DNA of 64,000 bases from Chara braunii (taxonomy: Eukaryota > Plantae > Charophyceae), in contig BFEA01000013.1 of NCBI GenBank assembly GCA_003427395.1, positions 5,475,039-5,539,038 of the forward strand, written 5' to 3'. Positions 36,022-47,093 of the stretch are shown here, piece by piece (the stretch's first letter is position 1; each line of letters starts with the position of its first letter). Made by a program: the position numbers and the translations under genes. The notes under the pieces were generated by a model. The model was not told the DNA's origin, did not search any database, and worked only from the letters and a program-made list of their open reading frames with translations.

Positions 36022-37408
36022 TGTAATGACCCGTCAAACCACAGACTGAGAACACCGCTGATTTCTGAAGTTTTGCCGATGGAATGGATGCCTTGCTGAG
36101 ATTCCCGCATTCTGCTGTGTTTCTAAGTCTGTCTGTGTGTGCGTGCTTGTGACCTGCATGCCTGCCTGAGTGCTTGTTGGTATGAGTGTGTGTGAGACCC
36201 GCAAGGGTACCTGCTTGTTTGGTAGGCCCGTAGGGCTGGTACTTTCCTGTGGCCGTGGCATTGAGGGTTGTAGCAGGGAAAACACTCAAGTGGCGAAGCT
36301 AGCGGCCCTGAGGCCGTTGGGTTAGCAGAAAAACACTCAAGTAGGCCGGTAGGCCGATACTGCACCCCACTGCAGTTGGCGTGAGGGGGTGCTGGAGGCC
36401 GAGCAGAAAAAGACAAAGTTGACATTTTTAGAGTCCAGTAGCGGTAGGGTCGGTCTAGGCCGGTACCTGTCCAACCAGTCTGAGTCTAGAGCCTGTATGG
36501 GTAATATCAGGGTCTGCAATGATGTTTCCCTCCGAAACGGAGGAGGTACCGGTTGCTTGGAGAGGCCGAGCGGCCTGGAAGTCACCGCCCAGGAGTCAAG
36601 TAGGCCGCTATATCAAGAGGCAGGGCAAAGAGCCCGGCCTCATTCTTCAGAGTGCGAGTTGGGCGTCACGCTGCTGGAGCGCTAGGTGGAGGAGCGTTGG
36701 GCTCTACAGCGCTGCTGGGAGGAAGAAGCCGGGAGCTTCCACCTTGGCTATGGTGGAGCTCAGCCGGTAGGAGGAGGAGGGAGAAGGGGACCAAGGAGGA
36801 GAGTGGTAGGGTACTTACCTGGCTATGGTAGACACCATCTTCATCTCCTTGCTAGGAAGGCCTCAGTGGGGGTAGTGCCGCATCAAGGAAGCTCGGACAG
36901 AGTCAGGCATGGCGGTTGAGTGGGCAGCGGTATAGCTGTTGGGTGATGACCTTGAAGAAAGGCAGCGGTGTAGCTGCTTGGGGTTGTCCTTTGCACCGGA
37001 GGTTGAAACCTCAGTAGTCCGCCATAGCCTCGGCCTGTATGTGGAGGAAGAAGAAGGGCTGCCATGGCTATGGTGGACCTCATCTTGTGCCTGCAGTAGA
37101 AGTGGGATTCAGACATTGATTCTGGTTCAACTGTTCAACATTATTATTGTTTATTTATTGTTTGAATAAGAGAGGAGGAGATAAAGAGGAGGAGGTTGTG
37201 GAGCGAAGAAGAAGAGCTTTGTCTTTGGTCTATGCTGGAGTACATCATACTTCTTCTTCTTCTTCTTTCCCTCTCTCTCCTCTCAAGTTCTTTCATTTCT
37301 TTTGCAATTGGACGACATTGGGCTCAAGTTCATTCATTTCTTTTCGCAATTGGACAACATTGTACTTTCTGATGATTGTGGACTTCAAAATTGGCCAGGA
37401 TCGTAACA
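36022..37408 (+). repeat. 3' LTR (~1.39 kb)
   Basis: It is bounded by TGTAATGAC...GATCGTAACA, an imperfect inverted TG...CA pair, and has a homologue at 42664-43291. Confidence 0.85.
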
Positions 37409-37870
37409 AAAGTCAAATTTTGTCTAACTCCCCGATTTAGTAAAAATTTGGGCAACACTCCCTGTAGAAAAGAAAACTTTTCAGATTTTTACTAAGTCAG
37501 ACATGAACCCAGAAGCAAAACCTGAGTTCAACTAAGACAAAATTTAACTAACTCCTTAGTTTTGTAAAAGTTTCGGCAACACTCCCTTTAGAAAAGTGGT
37601 ATTCCAAGATTTATACAAAGCTAAGTTCAAAAATCCAGAAATAGCTTTGACTTCCCAAAATCCAATTTTGCCCAACTCCCTGAACTAGTAAAAATTTGGG
37701 CTGCACTCCTTTTAGAAAATGAGACTTTCCAGATTTTTACTAAGCCATATATGAAAGTTAGACAAAGCTGAACTTTGAAAGGACAAAATCTAACTAACTC
37801 CTTGATTTTGTAGAAATTTCGGCAGCGCTTCCCATAGAGAAAGTGGCTTGCCAAAATTTATACAAGACCA
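37409..37870. repeat. Degenerate ~120-bp tandem repeat with ~240-bp dimer periodicity
   Basis: AACTCC...GTAAAAATTTGGGCAACACTCCC..TAGAAAAG...AGATTT recurs at about 37427, 37551, 37675 and 37797. Confidence 0.8.
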
Positions 37871-38152
37871 AGTATAATGAATGATCCTAGAAAATGCAAA
37901 AATTGACCTAAGTAAAATAAACTTAGCTCAGAAAATGCAGAAATTAACTCTTATGGCTCTAGCACGTGGCGAGCAACTAAAGCAACTGCCTATCCGAACT
38001 GAAACTAAGACTTAGTGGTAATCTCACTCAGCCACATGCAAGGCCAAACCACAAGGGTAAGTACTCTCACCATCCCCAAGTCAATCTTATCAAACAATAG
38101 TTCATAATCTTTCAATGATTTATCCCTTATACCCAGCTTACATAAGGCGTAG

Positions 38153-38862
38153 AGCTAGACCACCCAAACTTATGGAACATGTCTAGCTTAGCCATCGAGT
38201 ATACACAAACAAAGGGCACAATAACTTTTCTCTTCTTTGGACATATGATTAGGACGCCCTAGTCGCTCTGAACTATTCAAGTATATAAGTTTTATATGAT
38301 TATCTGTACTTTATCTTTTAAGGTAGCATATGACAGAGCCGATCATCTTTAGCTCGAGATTCAGTCTGCCCCTTCGTACCACAAGTTTATTCTTAATTAA
38401 TACTCTTTTCTGTTTGTGATAAGCTATAGTCAGACCACCCAAACGTATGGACCCCTGTCTGACTAGCCTGTTCATAAGTATATAGCCAAATTATAACCTT
38501 TTAGTTCCAGTATGTGCGTGGCATTGAACCAAGACCACCCAAACTTAGGGAACATATCTGGTTCTCTGCCTGATTCGTTCCCTTAAATAAAAGAGGAAGG
38601 GGCTGAGCCACCCAAACTTATGGAACATGCTCAGACCTCCTCGTTCAAAACCAAAAGAAACTGAGAAAACCCAAAATAAACAAGGCAACGAAGCCACCCA
38701 AACTTATGGGACAGTGCTTGGTTCCTAAAACGTCGAGCACAAACAACCCTTGCAAGTCAGAGCAACATGACCACCCAAACTTATGGAACATGTCTGGTCC
38801 TCCAGGCAATTTAAAAATAAACATAGCACTGAGCCTCCCCAAACTTATGGAGACTTGCCCGA
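38153..38862. repeat. Array of 7 stem-loops with conserved loop CACCCAAACTTATGGAACAT and variable complementary stems
   Basis: Loops start at 38161, 38436, 38536, 38609, 38695, 38772 and 38835. See findings for the stems. Confidence 0.85.
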
Positions 38863-39750
38863 CCTTTGATTGACCCAGTCAGACACGAGCAGTATTGTCT
38901 TTCCTCCCATCCTTCCCGCAGATGCAATCCCACAATCTGCTTTCAGTCAGACAACAAAACTGAAACTGGCATTGCTCATACCTTCCTTTATTTAAGTCTG
39001 AATATTGTCCTGAAAGTCGAACCAATAGTCAAAGTAAGGGTACAGGCAGTATACTCAGTCAATCATAGCAAGAAATACCGATAGGGGTTATACAAGGTTT
39101 ATAGAAGGAAAGCAATGGTTACCTTTTAGTTCCCTGCCTTCAGAACTCCTCCCGAGTTCTGGCAGAGCTCCTACAATCGGTGGGTAGACTCCCCACAGAG
39201 TCTCGTTGCTGTCCTACGGGTTGAAATCCCGCCTGTCACCTTCCTCTCAGAACATGATTAGACTTAGAGTAAGAAGGGCAAAGAATAAGGGGTTTCAGAC
39301 TTTCAAGATACAAGAGGGGGACCGACTCAACTCTCAGGAGAGGGCCTTGTTATCTTCCATCGCCTGAGGGCCCTGCAATGGTGGCCAACACGCTCCACAG
39401 CCTGGTGAACTGGAGTTGAACCTTTGACTTGTTGACTTTCTCGGCGATCCTCCAAGTCGCAGCAATAGCCCCTCCTACAACCTCAACCCCTATTCATCGT
39501 TCGTGGTATGAAATGCTCTGGCCACAGCTCGAGACACGAGCCGAGGACCAAAACAAAAGCAGTTTTCTCCCTCTTCATAGCGAAGGAGAGCGCGACCAAG
39601 CTCGCCGTGTAACGACAAAGTGTGTGCAGATACCGGATGTTCAGTCCTCACCAAGCCTTTACAAGCACCTCTGCTCACAGTCAGGCCCCGTTACTTCGCT
39701 CCTCACTACTCGGTATGTCGAAATGTGTAGCGTACAGGTTGAACAGGTAA

Positions 39751-39858
39751 GTCTACCTTGCTTCTCCGTGTGGCAACATGGACAGTATATCGGCTAAATA
39801 GTGAGTCTACCTTGCTTCTCCGTGTGGCAACGTGGACAGTATACCGGCTAAATAGCGA
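39751..39858. repeat. 54-bp tandem duplication
   Basis: GTCTACCTTGCTTCTCCGTGTGGCAAC...CGGCTAAATAG occurs twice. Confidence 0.9.
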
Positions 39859-40849
39859 GGCCTGCACCTTCGCGGCTATCCTACTGCTGCACAGGCTGAT
39901 GAAAATGAATGACATACTCGCTAACATATACTCTTGCGATCTCGCGGCCGGCCTAACTCCATCTGCTTTGTTCCGCACCGACGACACCACAGGCCAACGA
40001 ACGAGTCTTCAGTTCAGTAGTTGACCCCTCTCCCCCACGGTCTGTAGTATAGGTAGTACAACCAGCAAGTAAGTACACCCTCTCACAACCTCTCCCTAGT
40101 TTAACGCGCAGACTATGGTTACACAGTTACCAACATTCGTTCGGACCATGGTAAGCTTGCTTCAGTTAGACAGTCCCGACTCCCTTTGCCCACGTTCCGA
40201 GTTCGACAGGCATACGCTTTGGGGAGTCTCAAATCTACGTCCATTGGCGGTGCTACAGTTCGGCATATAGCTCATCTTTTGATTCACCCCGCAACGCCTC
40301 CTCATCGACCAGGTACGTGTTGTCTTCCCCCTCTCCTCACTATCATCCCTACTTGTATGCATGCAGCTACCCCATTATGCAGCCTGCCCGTTGCCCGCCA
40401 TGCATGCGAAAATCGGGAGCTGCCACTTCCATCGTTAGGATAAACAAAATCGGAATGAATCTTCCGCTAAAACGCGAAAAGATACATCCTGGTTTTGTTT
40501 CCCTTCTTCCCACGCAGTTCCTCTCTCTCGTAGATGTCGTACCGTTGCCTCAACCGAGAATCTGACACGACCATCTCCCCCGGAGCACCTCAAAACCCCT
40601 GACCAGCCTCTTTACTCGCTCGATTCCTCAAAGAATGGAGTGGGTTATCCCCCACTTCTCCCGCTATTTCTTCACACCCCGACACCACCGCGCACTCCAT
40701 TCCCCCTCTACCTCTCTACACACTCCCTCATCCTTAAAACTGACCCTACTAATCGACTCGCTATATGCCCAAATCTTAGCTTTGCATTTGAATTCGCGCG
40801 ATTCCGTAACGAATCGAGCAAGCTATGCAATTCTTCGTCCGCCACTCTC

Positions 40850-40922
<73 letters not shown>

Positions 40923-40991
40923 GCGCACTTACTTTTCTCACTTACCTTCGCTTACACTCTCCCTTTCACCGTTCTAGTCCCACCATTGAAG

Positions 40992-41029
40992 CTGTCTCTT
41001 ATACACATCTAGATGTGTATAAGAGACAG
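40992..41029. other. Nextera mate-pair junction adapter (assembly artefact)
   Basis: Exact 38-bp adapter, with about 52 bp duplicated on either side. Confidence 0.99.
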
Positions 41030-42663
41030 CACTTACCTTCGCTTACACTCTCCCTTTCACCGTTCTAGTCCCACCATTGAAGTCGCCCGGCCACACAACC
41101 ACCGCCTAACATCCTCCCTTACTCGATTCTATAGAGAATCGAGTAAGTTACCTCCTATCCTTTCTCTTTCATAGCTAGCTTCCGCCATCTCCCTGCGACC
41201 TCTCTCTTCTAACCACTCATACATTCATTGTCGTTCTATTCTAACTACAGATTCAGGCTCGCCATCCGCCCAAATCGATCTTCTACTCGCCTAAATCTAT
41301 GAGGTATCGTGAGATCTACTTCCTCCTTGCTGCGCCCAGGCTCTTCGTTCCGCCATCTCTTTCTTTAGTTGTACCTGGCGCAGAACCCCAACCAAGTTCA
41401 TTCATCCTTTTCCCTACTATCTTTTTGCAGTTGACGCCCTCTCCCAGGTCCGTTCCTTCCTTACACGCATTCCTCCTTCGCGCTATCCAGTGCGCTATAG
41501 CGGCGCATACCACTACATGCCGGAAGTCAACCATCAAGGAATTCGGAATCTGCTACATGTGTAGCCACTTACCCGCCGAAACGATCCGCCCGACAACACC
41601 TGGTGCTGAGATGTTCGGGCCAGCTCGTCGTTACCGAGGGTAGGAGGATGCCGCCCTGCTGTGGGTCGCCGTCGTAGCAACCCCTCTCGAGCCGAGAGTT
41701 TCGGAGACCAAGGTCAATGGCGGGTTCCAAGTGTGCCGCCTAGTGGCCCATCGCCCCTCGTCTCTCAATGGGCATGCCACCCACAACGACCACAGTGTCG
41801 GGAGCGCGAGCCTGTTGCAGACCCGTGGCATGGTCCGAGGTGCAACGGGTCCCAGCATAGATCTTGGCGGTAGTAGCACACATTCTAGTGCGAACGTCGA
41901 AGGTCCCATGTGCTCAACCTAGGTAGAGAATACCGCCTCAGACTCGTTCTCGGTGCCTTGGGCCGCCCCGCCCCGACACCGTTCTGCTTCTTTCGGGCCT
42001 CGACAGGCATACTCACATCTACCCTCCTGCGGCCGATTTCTCGACTGGTGAGCGGTATACCCGAAAAAAAGGCCCGCACCACCCAGATTTCATTGACCCC
42101 TTTGTGGGTCCCTGCGGGCGTACTCACACTGAAAACTCTCACTGCAGATCACGGGTGGGAGGCTGTGCGCTTGCTGAGCCCCCTACTACTTCGAGGTTGC
42201 AGTCCCCCAGGCCAACTCGAAACGTTCCCCGAATCTCTCTGATAAAAGTCCAATACCGTAACTAAATGTACTAGGCCCAAGGCTGGGTCTAGTTTTGACA
42301 GATACCTAAATAAACCGATCCTGCGCGATGCGCGAACCTACTGAAAACACTTCAAGACCACCTTGTTGTCGATGCTGTCGCACCAATCAAGAAACAAAAT
42401 CTTTTTAATCGTAGTCTAATCTGAGGAATAAAAAGTTGGCCGGCGATCAACGTCGGTTTTCACAATCATCAATAGGACGTAAGATCACGCGCACCTTAAG
42501 TCTGCGCGCCCACACACTCTCTAAACTAGTTGCCCATTCAATCATCGTAAATCAAAGACGCAGCCGCACCTCGCACGACATACTTAATTTCTAAATCAAA
42601 ATCATTTTCTGTCGCTTGCAAAAGACCAGGGTGGATACGCTTGTAAGGGTATTCGCACCGACA

Positions 42664-43291
42664 GCGCTGCTCCTCTACTGTTCCAGCTGGGTGACTCCAA
42701 ACTTGCATGCTGCAAATGAGGAGGAGCACTTTGCTCCTTGTGGAGATATAGCGGCCTGCTTGCCTCTTGGGTGGTGACTTCCAGGCCGCGTGGCCTTCAA
42801 GCAACCTGTACCTCCTTCCTTTCGGAGGGAAACATCATTGCAGACTCTGATATTGCCCGTACAGGCCCTAGACTCAGACTACTTGGACTGGTACCCGCCT
42901 AGACCTAGCCTACAACTATTGGGCCTCTAAAAATGCCATTTTTTTTCGGCCTCGAGTACCTGACACATTTACCATTACTTGGTGTGGTACCAGCCTACCT
43001 GATACTCGAGTGTTTTTCCCTGCTCTCTAAGTGTCGTGGGCCTATTCCCACCACTTGAGCGTTTTTCCCACTGCAACCCTCAATGTCATGGCCACAGGTA
43101 AGTACCGGCCCTACGGGCCTTCACAAGCCAGCAAGTACCCTTGCAGGTCGCACACACACTCAAGTCGTCAAGCACTCAGACAGGCACACAGACCAGAAAC
43201 ACGCACACACATGGACTTAGGAAACTCAGCAATCCATTGGCAAAACACAGAAATCAGCTGTGTCTCAGTCTGTGTTTGGAAGGTCCTTATA
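42664..43291 (-). repeat. LTR fragment related to 36022-36700, cut by the 42663 insertion
   Basis: The reverse complement begins TATAAGGACCTTCCAAACACAGACTGAGA versus TGTAATGACCCGTCAAACCACAGACTGAGA and stays collinear for about 620 bp. Confidence 0.85.
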
Positions 43292-45012
43292 GATATTTAT
43301 AGCTCTTACAGTGCTCCACCGAGCCACTTGTCAATTCGCATGTTCCGGAAGCTACGCTGGAGCGCTTGTGCGACTGAGAGGACTGGACGTGTCGATTGAC
43401 AAAGAGGAAGGAGGGCGCCAGGGCACCATAGCTAGGGTCAGGGAGGATGACGACAATCACCGTACCCGCGAGGGAGTAGTAGTCTGGGTAGGAGAGTGTA
43501 TTCAGGGAGGGAGAGTGAGCGGCCCAAGGCTGAGAGAGGGAGATAGCGAGCAAGGAGGACTGCCTGAAGTCGAGAGAGAGCATCAAGGGAGAGTGAGAGG
43601 GGAAAAGAGAGGTGAGGAGAGTGAGAGGTACCTTCTTGTTATGGAACTCTATTCTTGTATAATGATGAAGTGTTGGAGGCAGCTCTCATCCTTGTGTGTG
43701 CTGATTCGCGATATTGGTGGTTGTGCAAGGAAAATGATCAATAGCGAAATAGACAGAATTCCAGATTGCAAAATCACATTGAAAGCCTGCTAGTCTAAAG
43801 CTGTCCAGAAAGCAGAAATGCACTGATATGCACCAAAGAGAACCAAAGCATCAAACTCAAATGTCAATGAAAGCCTTCTTACGCCACCACCAACAATGCG
43901 CTCGAAGCTCTTCCTCCTACCTGGCACTCAGCCCCCAGACTTCAATCATACAGCTATCCTACTAGCCTACGAATTGACAAGCAACCAGTTTATAACAGCA
44001 GCGGAAACCAAAGTACATGCGAGTGTCGCTGATGCAGACCATCACCAGGGTCACTTACGTGCTTTCACATCACCTCATCACTCGCCCTCTCTCTCATCCT
44101 TGCCTTCTCCCCCAGGCTTCTCCGTCAACCAAGGACCACCGCCATCCCTCGCTGACCAGCCCACCCCAAGCCCGGCTATGGGGGTTGGGCTATGGCGCTG
44201 CCTGCTTGCAGTGCCCTTCTTCCACGACCGCCCGCATTCTCGCACCTAGCACACACTCAAGCAGCGCTGCCGCATGCACGTCCAAGTGCTCAAATTCCGA
44301 ATACTCGGCCAGGCACTTTGCTATATGCAAAGTGGCCTGGCTGGTTGGCTGCCTAGCCTGCCTCACGTGTGCCCAGGAGCTTCAGATTGGGCCAAAGTGT
44401 CTGCACCCAGGCCCATTCAGACAGTGGCCTGGGAGCAAATTGGTTAGGCTTGCCCAACCACGCAGAAGGTGTTTCCAGCTTCCCCTGTGTTGCTGGAAGA
44501 GCCTAGAAGGCTCATGAATATTTCTAATTCTCACGCTCAGGTCGGATGTAACCAACTGGGGCGTGGCAACTGTCTGGCGCCCACCAAAGGTTTGCAAAAT
44601 TGACGAATTCAGGCCTCATTGAAATCCGAGGTTCCGCCTTCGCTTAGAGCGGGCGCATGCTTGCTGTAATGCCCCTCACGGGCATGCCGAGGACGTAAAT
44701 CCTCGCAGTTGTGAACATTTTGTGAGACTTTGGTGTGTTGCGACTTCAATTTGGACGTTGAATGCAGTGGGTTCCTTGCAATCAGAGCTAGAATTGGCGG
44801 GTGATGGTGGGAATGGAAGAGTCAGGAAAATGGTCCTGGAGAAAAAATGGTCCATGGGCGTGAGTAAGCTATCCTGAGTGTGGCAGTTATCTGCATGCTC
44901 CATACATCTAGGTTTCTGTTGATCGTGCGGCAGGATGTCTTGTGGGGCGACAGAGAAGGTGCGAGAGCATGGAGTGAGAGGATTTTGTCGCACTCTGTCA
45001 ACCAGTCCTTAA

Positions 45013-46085
45013 ACCACCACTACCTGGGACTTGTTTTCACATTGTGGGGTACCCGATCTTTTCGGAGGCTGAAATGGAACAATGCTGATGAGATTTATCA
45101 ATGGTGGCCGCCGTCGGGCCCAGCCCCCGAATTTTTAGGAGCAGGCTATTTTCCAGTGCTGGCCCCGGATGGGCCAGGAACTCCTCCCCCGACTGGCAGA
45201 CTCCCGTTTGGACCGGGCGGTTCAGCTGCTGGTTGCCCCCAGCGCATTTTGGCTGGGGGCAAAATTTGGTTAGGAAAGAGGCCTGGTTTCCTCTTGCAGC
45301 GTTGCAGAGGCCACCACTGTTGGGACAATATCAGAGGGGGGTAGTAGACCCCCTCCACAGATTCTTTATTCTCATATAGGGCTGGATTTCTTTTTGAACT
45401 CTGTCAGAGGAGTTGATTTACTATTGTCAGTAGTATTGTGTGGTCTGATGGACCACCGACCAGGTAGCACCAATGTTGTCCGAGGTGCAAGCCCAAGAAT
45501 GGACCTCGCTCGAGTACATGTATCTGGGAGAGACTACCAGGCAAGATGCTTTCGGACTGATAACCCAGTATCCAAAAAAACATACAGAAAGCACTCTGAC
45601 TACATGAGCTAAAACTTGAACCCTTAACTTTCTAGCAATGCATGGTGCTCTGGAAGAAGTGCATAAATCTTGGAAGAAGCGCATAAATCTTGGCAAGGCA
45701 TTGGTGAAAACAGATCTCATTCGGCCTCTTAAGGTATCAATTTAAAATCTGGCACTGTGGTCCATCAGAGAGGTCAGGAAATTTTTGGATGCCTCCAGTG
45801 TTACCTCGCCCTGGCCCATCCACACGCCCTCGCCCCCGAAAGGAAAAATATTTGTTAACACGAACTTTTATTGCAGATTCTGACTGCTCTCGACGAGCGC
45901 AGTGGGATCCCGCAGTCGGAAAAAAAAAGCAAAAAAAAAAGCTATGTTTTGGGTGCAACCGGAATTCTGGTTGGGCCGCCCCAACCGATCCGGCTCGGTC
46001 AGGTCCGGGCCAGCAGAGCCGGCCGGTCACCTACGGAGCCCTGCTATTTTCCGACTTTCCCAACAGCGGGAAAGGTAGTGGTGGT
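45013..46085. mobile_element. Non-autonomous TIR element A, flanked by TTAA
   Basis: TTAA|ACCACCACTACCT ... AGGTAGTGGTGGT|TTAA, a perfect 13-bp TIR. Confidence 0.8.
45099..45319. mobile_element. Possible MITE nested in element A
   Basis: CAATGGTGGCC...GGCCACCACTG matches 10/11 as an inverted repeat. No TSD was found. Confidence 0.35.
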
Positions 46086-46089
46086 TTAA

Positions 46090-47093
46090 ACCACCGGTAC
46101 ACGCCCCCAGCCTTGCAGAAAAGTAAACTTTTCGCCACAAGAGAAATTTGAGGCTCAAGGAAGGCAGGGCAGTGCGTCGGGGGAGAAAGAGGTGGGCCTA
46201 GCAGAAAAAGGCAAATGGACTGTTGTTTTGCCCCCTGGTACACGTTCAGTCTGTGACTGTGAAAACACATGCACGGGCGAGGCCCAGCTATAGCAAAAAA
46301 AAAAAAAAAAAACCTGAAACAAAAGGAACAGAGTGGCAAAACGCCCGCCANAAACAAAAGGAACAGAGTGGCAAAACGCCCGCCACATGGCGGGCATGCA
46401 CTATACGAGGGCAGAAAGCCCTCAAACTTCAGGAAAAAGGGCAGAAACGCCCGCTGTAGGCAGGTATGCCGCGATTCACAGGTTAGGTATCCGCACCCAT
46501 TCTGTGTCTGCATACGGGCGCAGAAAAGTAAAGTGTTCCTGCCTCGTTGGCACCGCAAAGAAAGGAAAAACAAAAAAAACAAAAAAAAACTTGTTTTTTT
46601 TTTTGAGTGCCTGCCCGAGGAGAACGGGCAGTGCTGTGGGAATCCAGGTGTGTATCTGGCTCAGGAAGTGGACACAATGAATCTCGTGTGGACCATGTGG
46701 CAGCACAGCTGTCAGAGGACAAACATGGTGCCCTAAGATCTTGCAGACAATCTCGTGTCCTAAGGTCCTCTGCTTTATTTTGTTTTCAGCTGTAAGGGAA
46801 AATTATATACTACTGCCCGCACGTTTTGCGAACAGGCAGCCATTCATGATGAGGCGCCTGCATCTGGCACCTGATATGTGCTACATGCGGGTGCTCTCTC
46901 CTGTGGGTGTCTGGCTGGGTGTCAAGGAGTGAAAACAGCGGCCTCCTTTTCATTCCATCGCCTGACAGCAGGTCCAGCACAGAGGCCAGTACCGGTACCA
47001 CCCCAATTTTCCAAGAGCTGGTGCCCATGGCTTTCAGGCTCGACAGAATTCAAAATTTAGGCTCGTACATTTAGCGTCGGGTGTGCTGGTGGT
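46090..47093. mobile_element. Non-autonomous TIR element B, flanked by TTAA and sharing the TTAA at 46086-46089 with element A
   Basis: TTAA|ACCACCGGTACAC ... GTGTGCTGGTGGT|TTAA, an 11/13 TIR. Confidence 0.75.

Larger units (their letters stand above)
31441..37408 (+). mobile_element. Best-preserved chromovirus-type Ty3/Gypsy element, 5'-truncated within gag
   Basis: It has a zinc knuckle CxHCTKPGH (~32017-32060), then PR, RT, RNase H, INT, chromodomain, PPT and a 3' LTR in canonical Gypsy order. Confidence 0.96.
37409..42663 (-). mobile_element. Long non-coding LTR or LTR+leader of a second retroelement family
   Basis: The minus strand starts TGTCGGTGCGAATACCCTTACAAG at 42663, the same terminus as 27046, and is inserted into another LTR. 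There is no recognisable ORF over 5.2 kb. The left boundary is uncertain. Confidence 0.55.

Noticed and set aside
38153-38862. CRISPR array
   Set aside because: The context is a eukaryotic TE with no cas genes. The repeat is only 20 nt, spacing is irregular, and the palindromy lies in the variable flanks rather than in the repeat.
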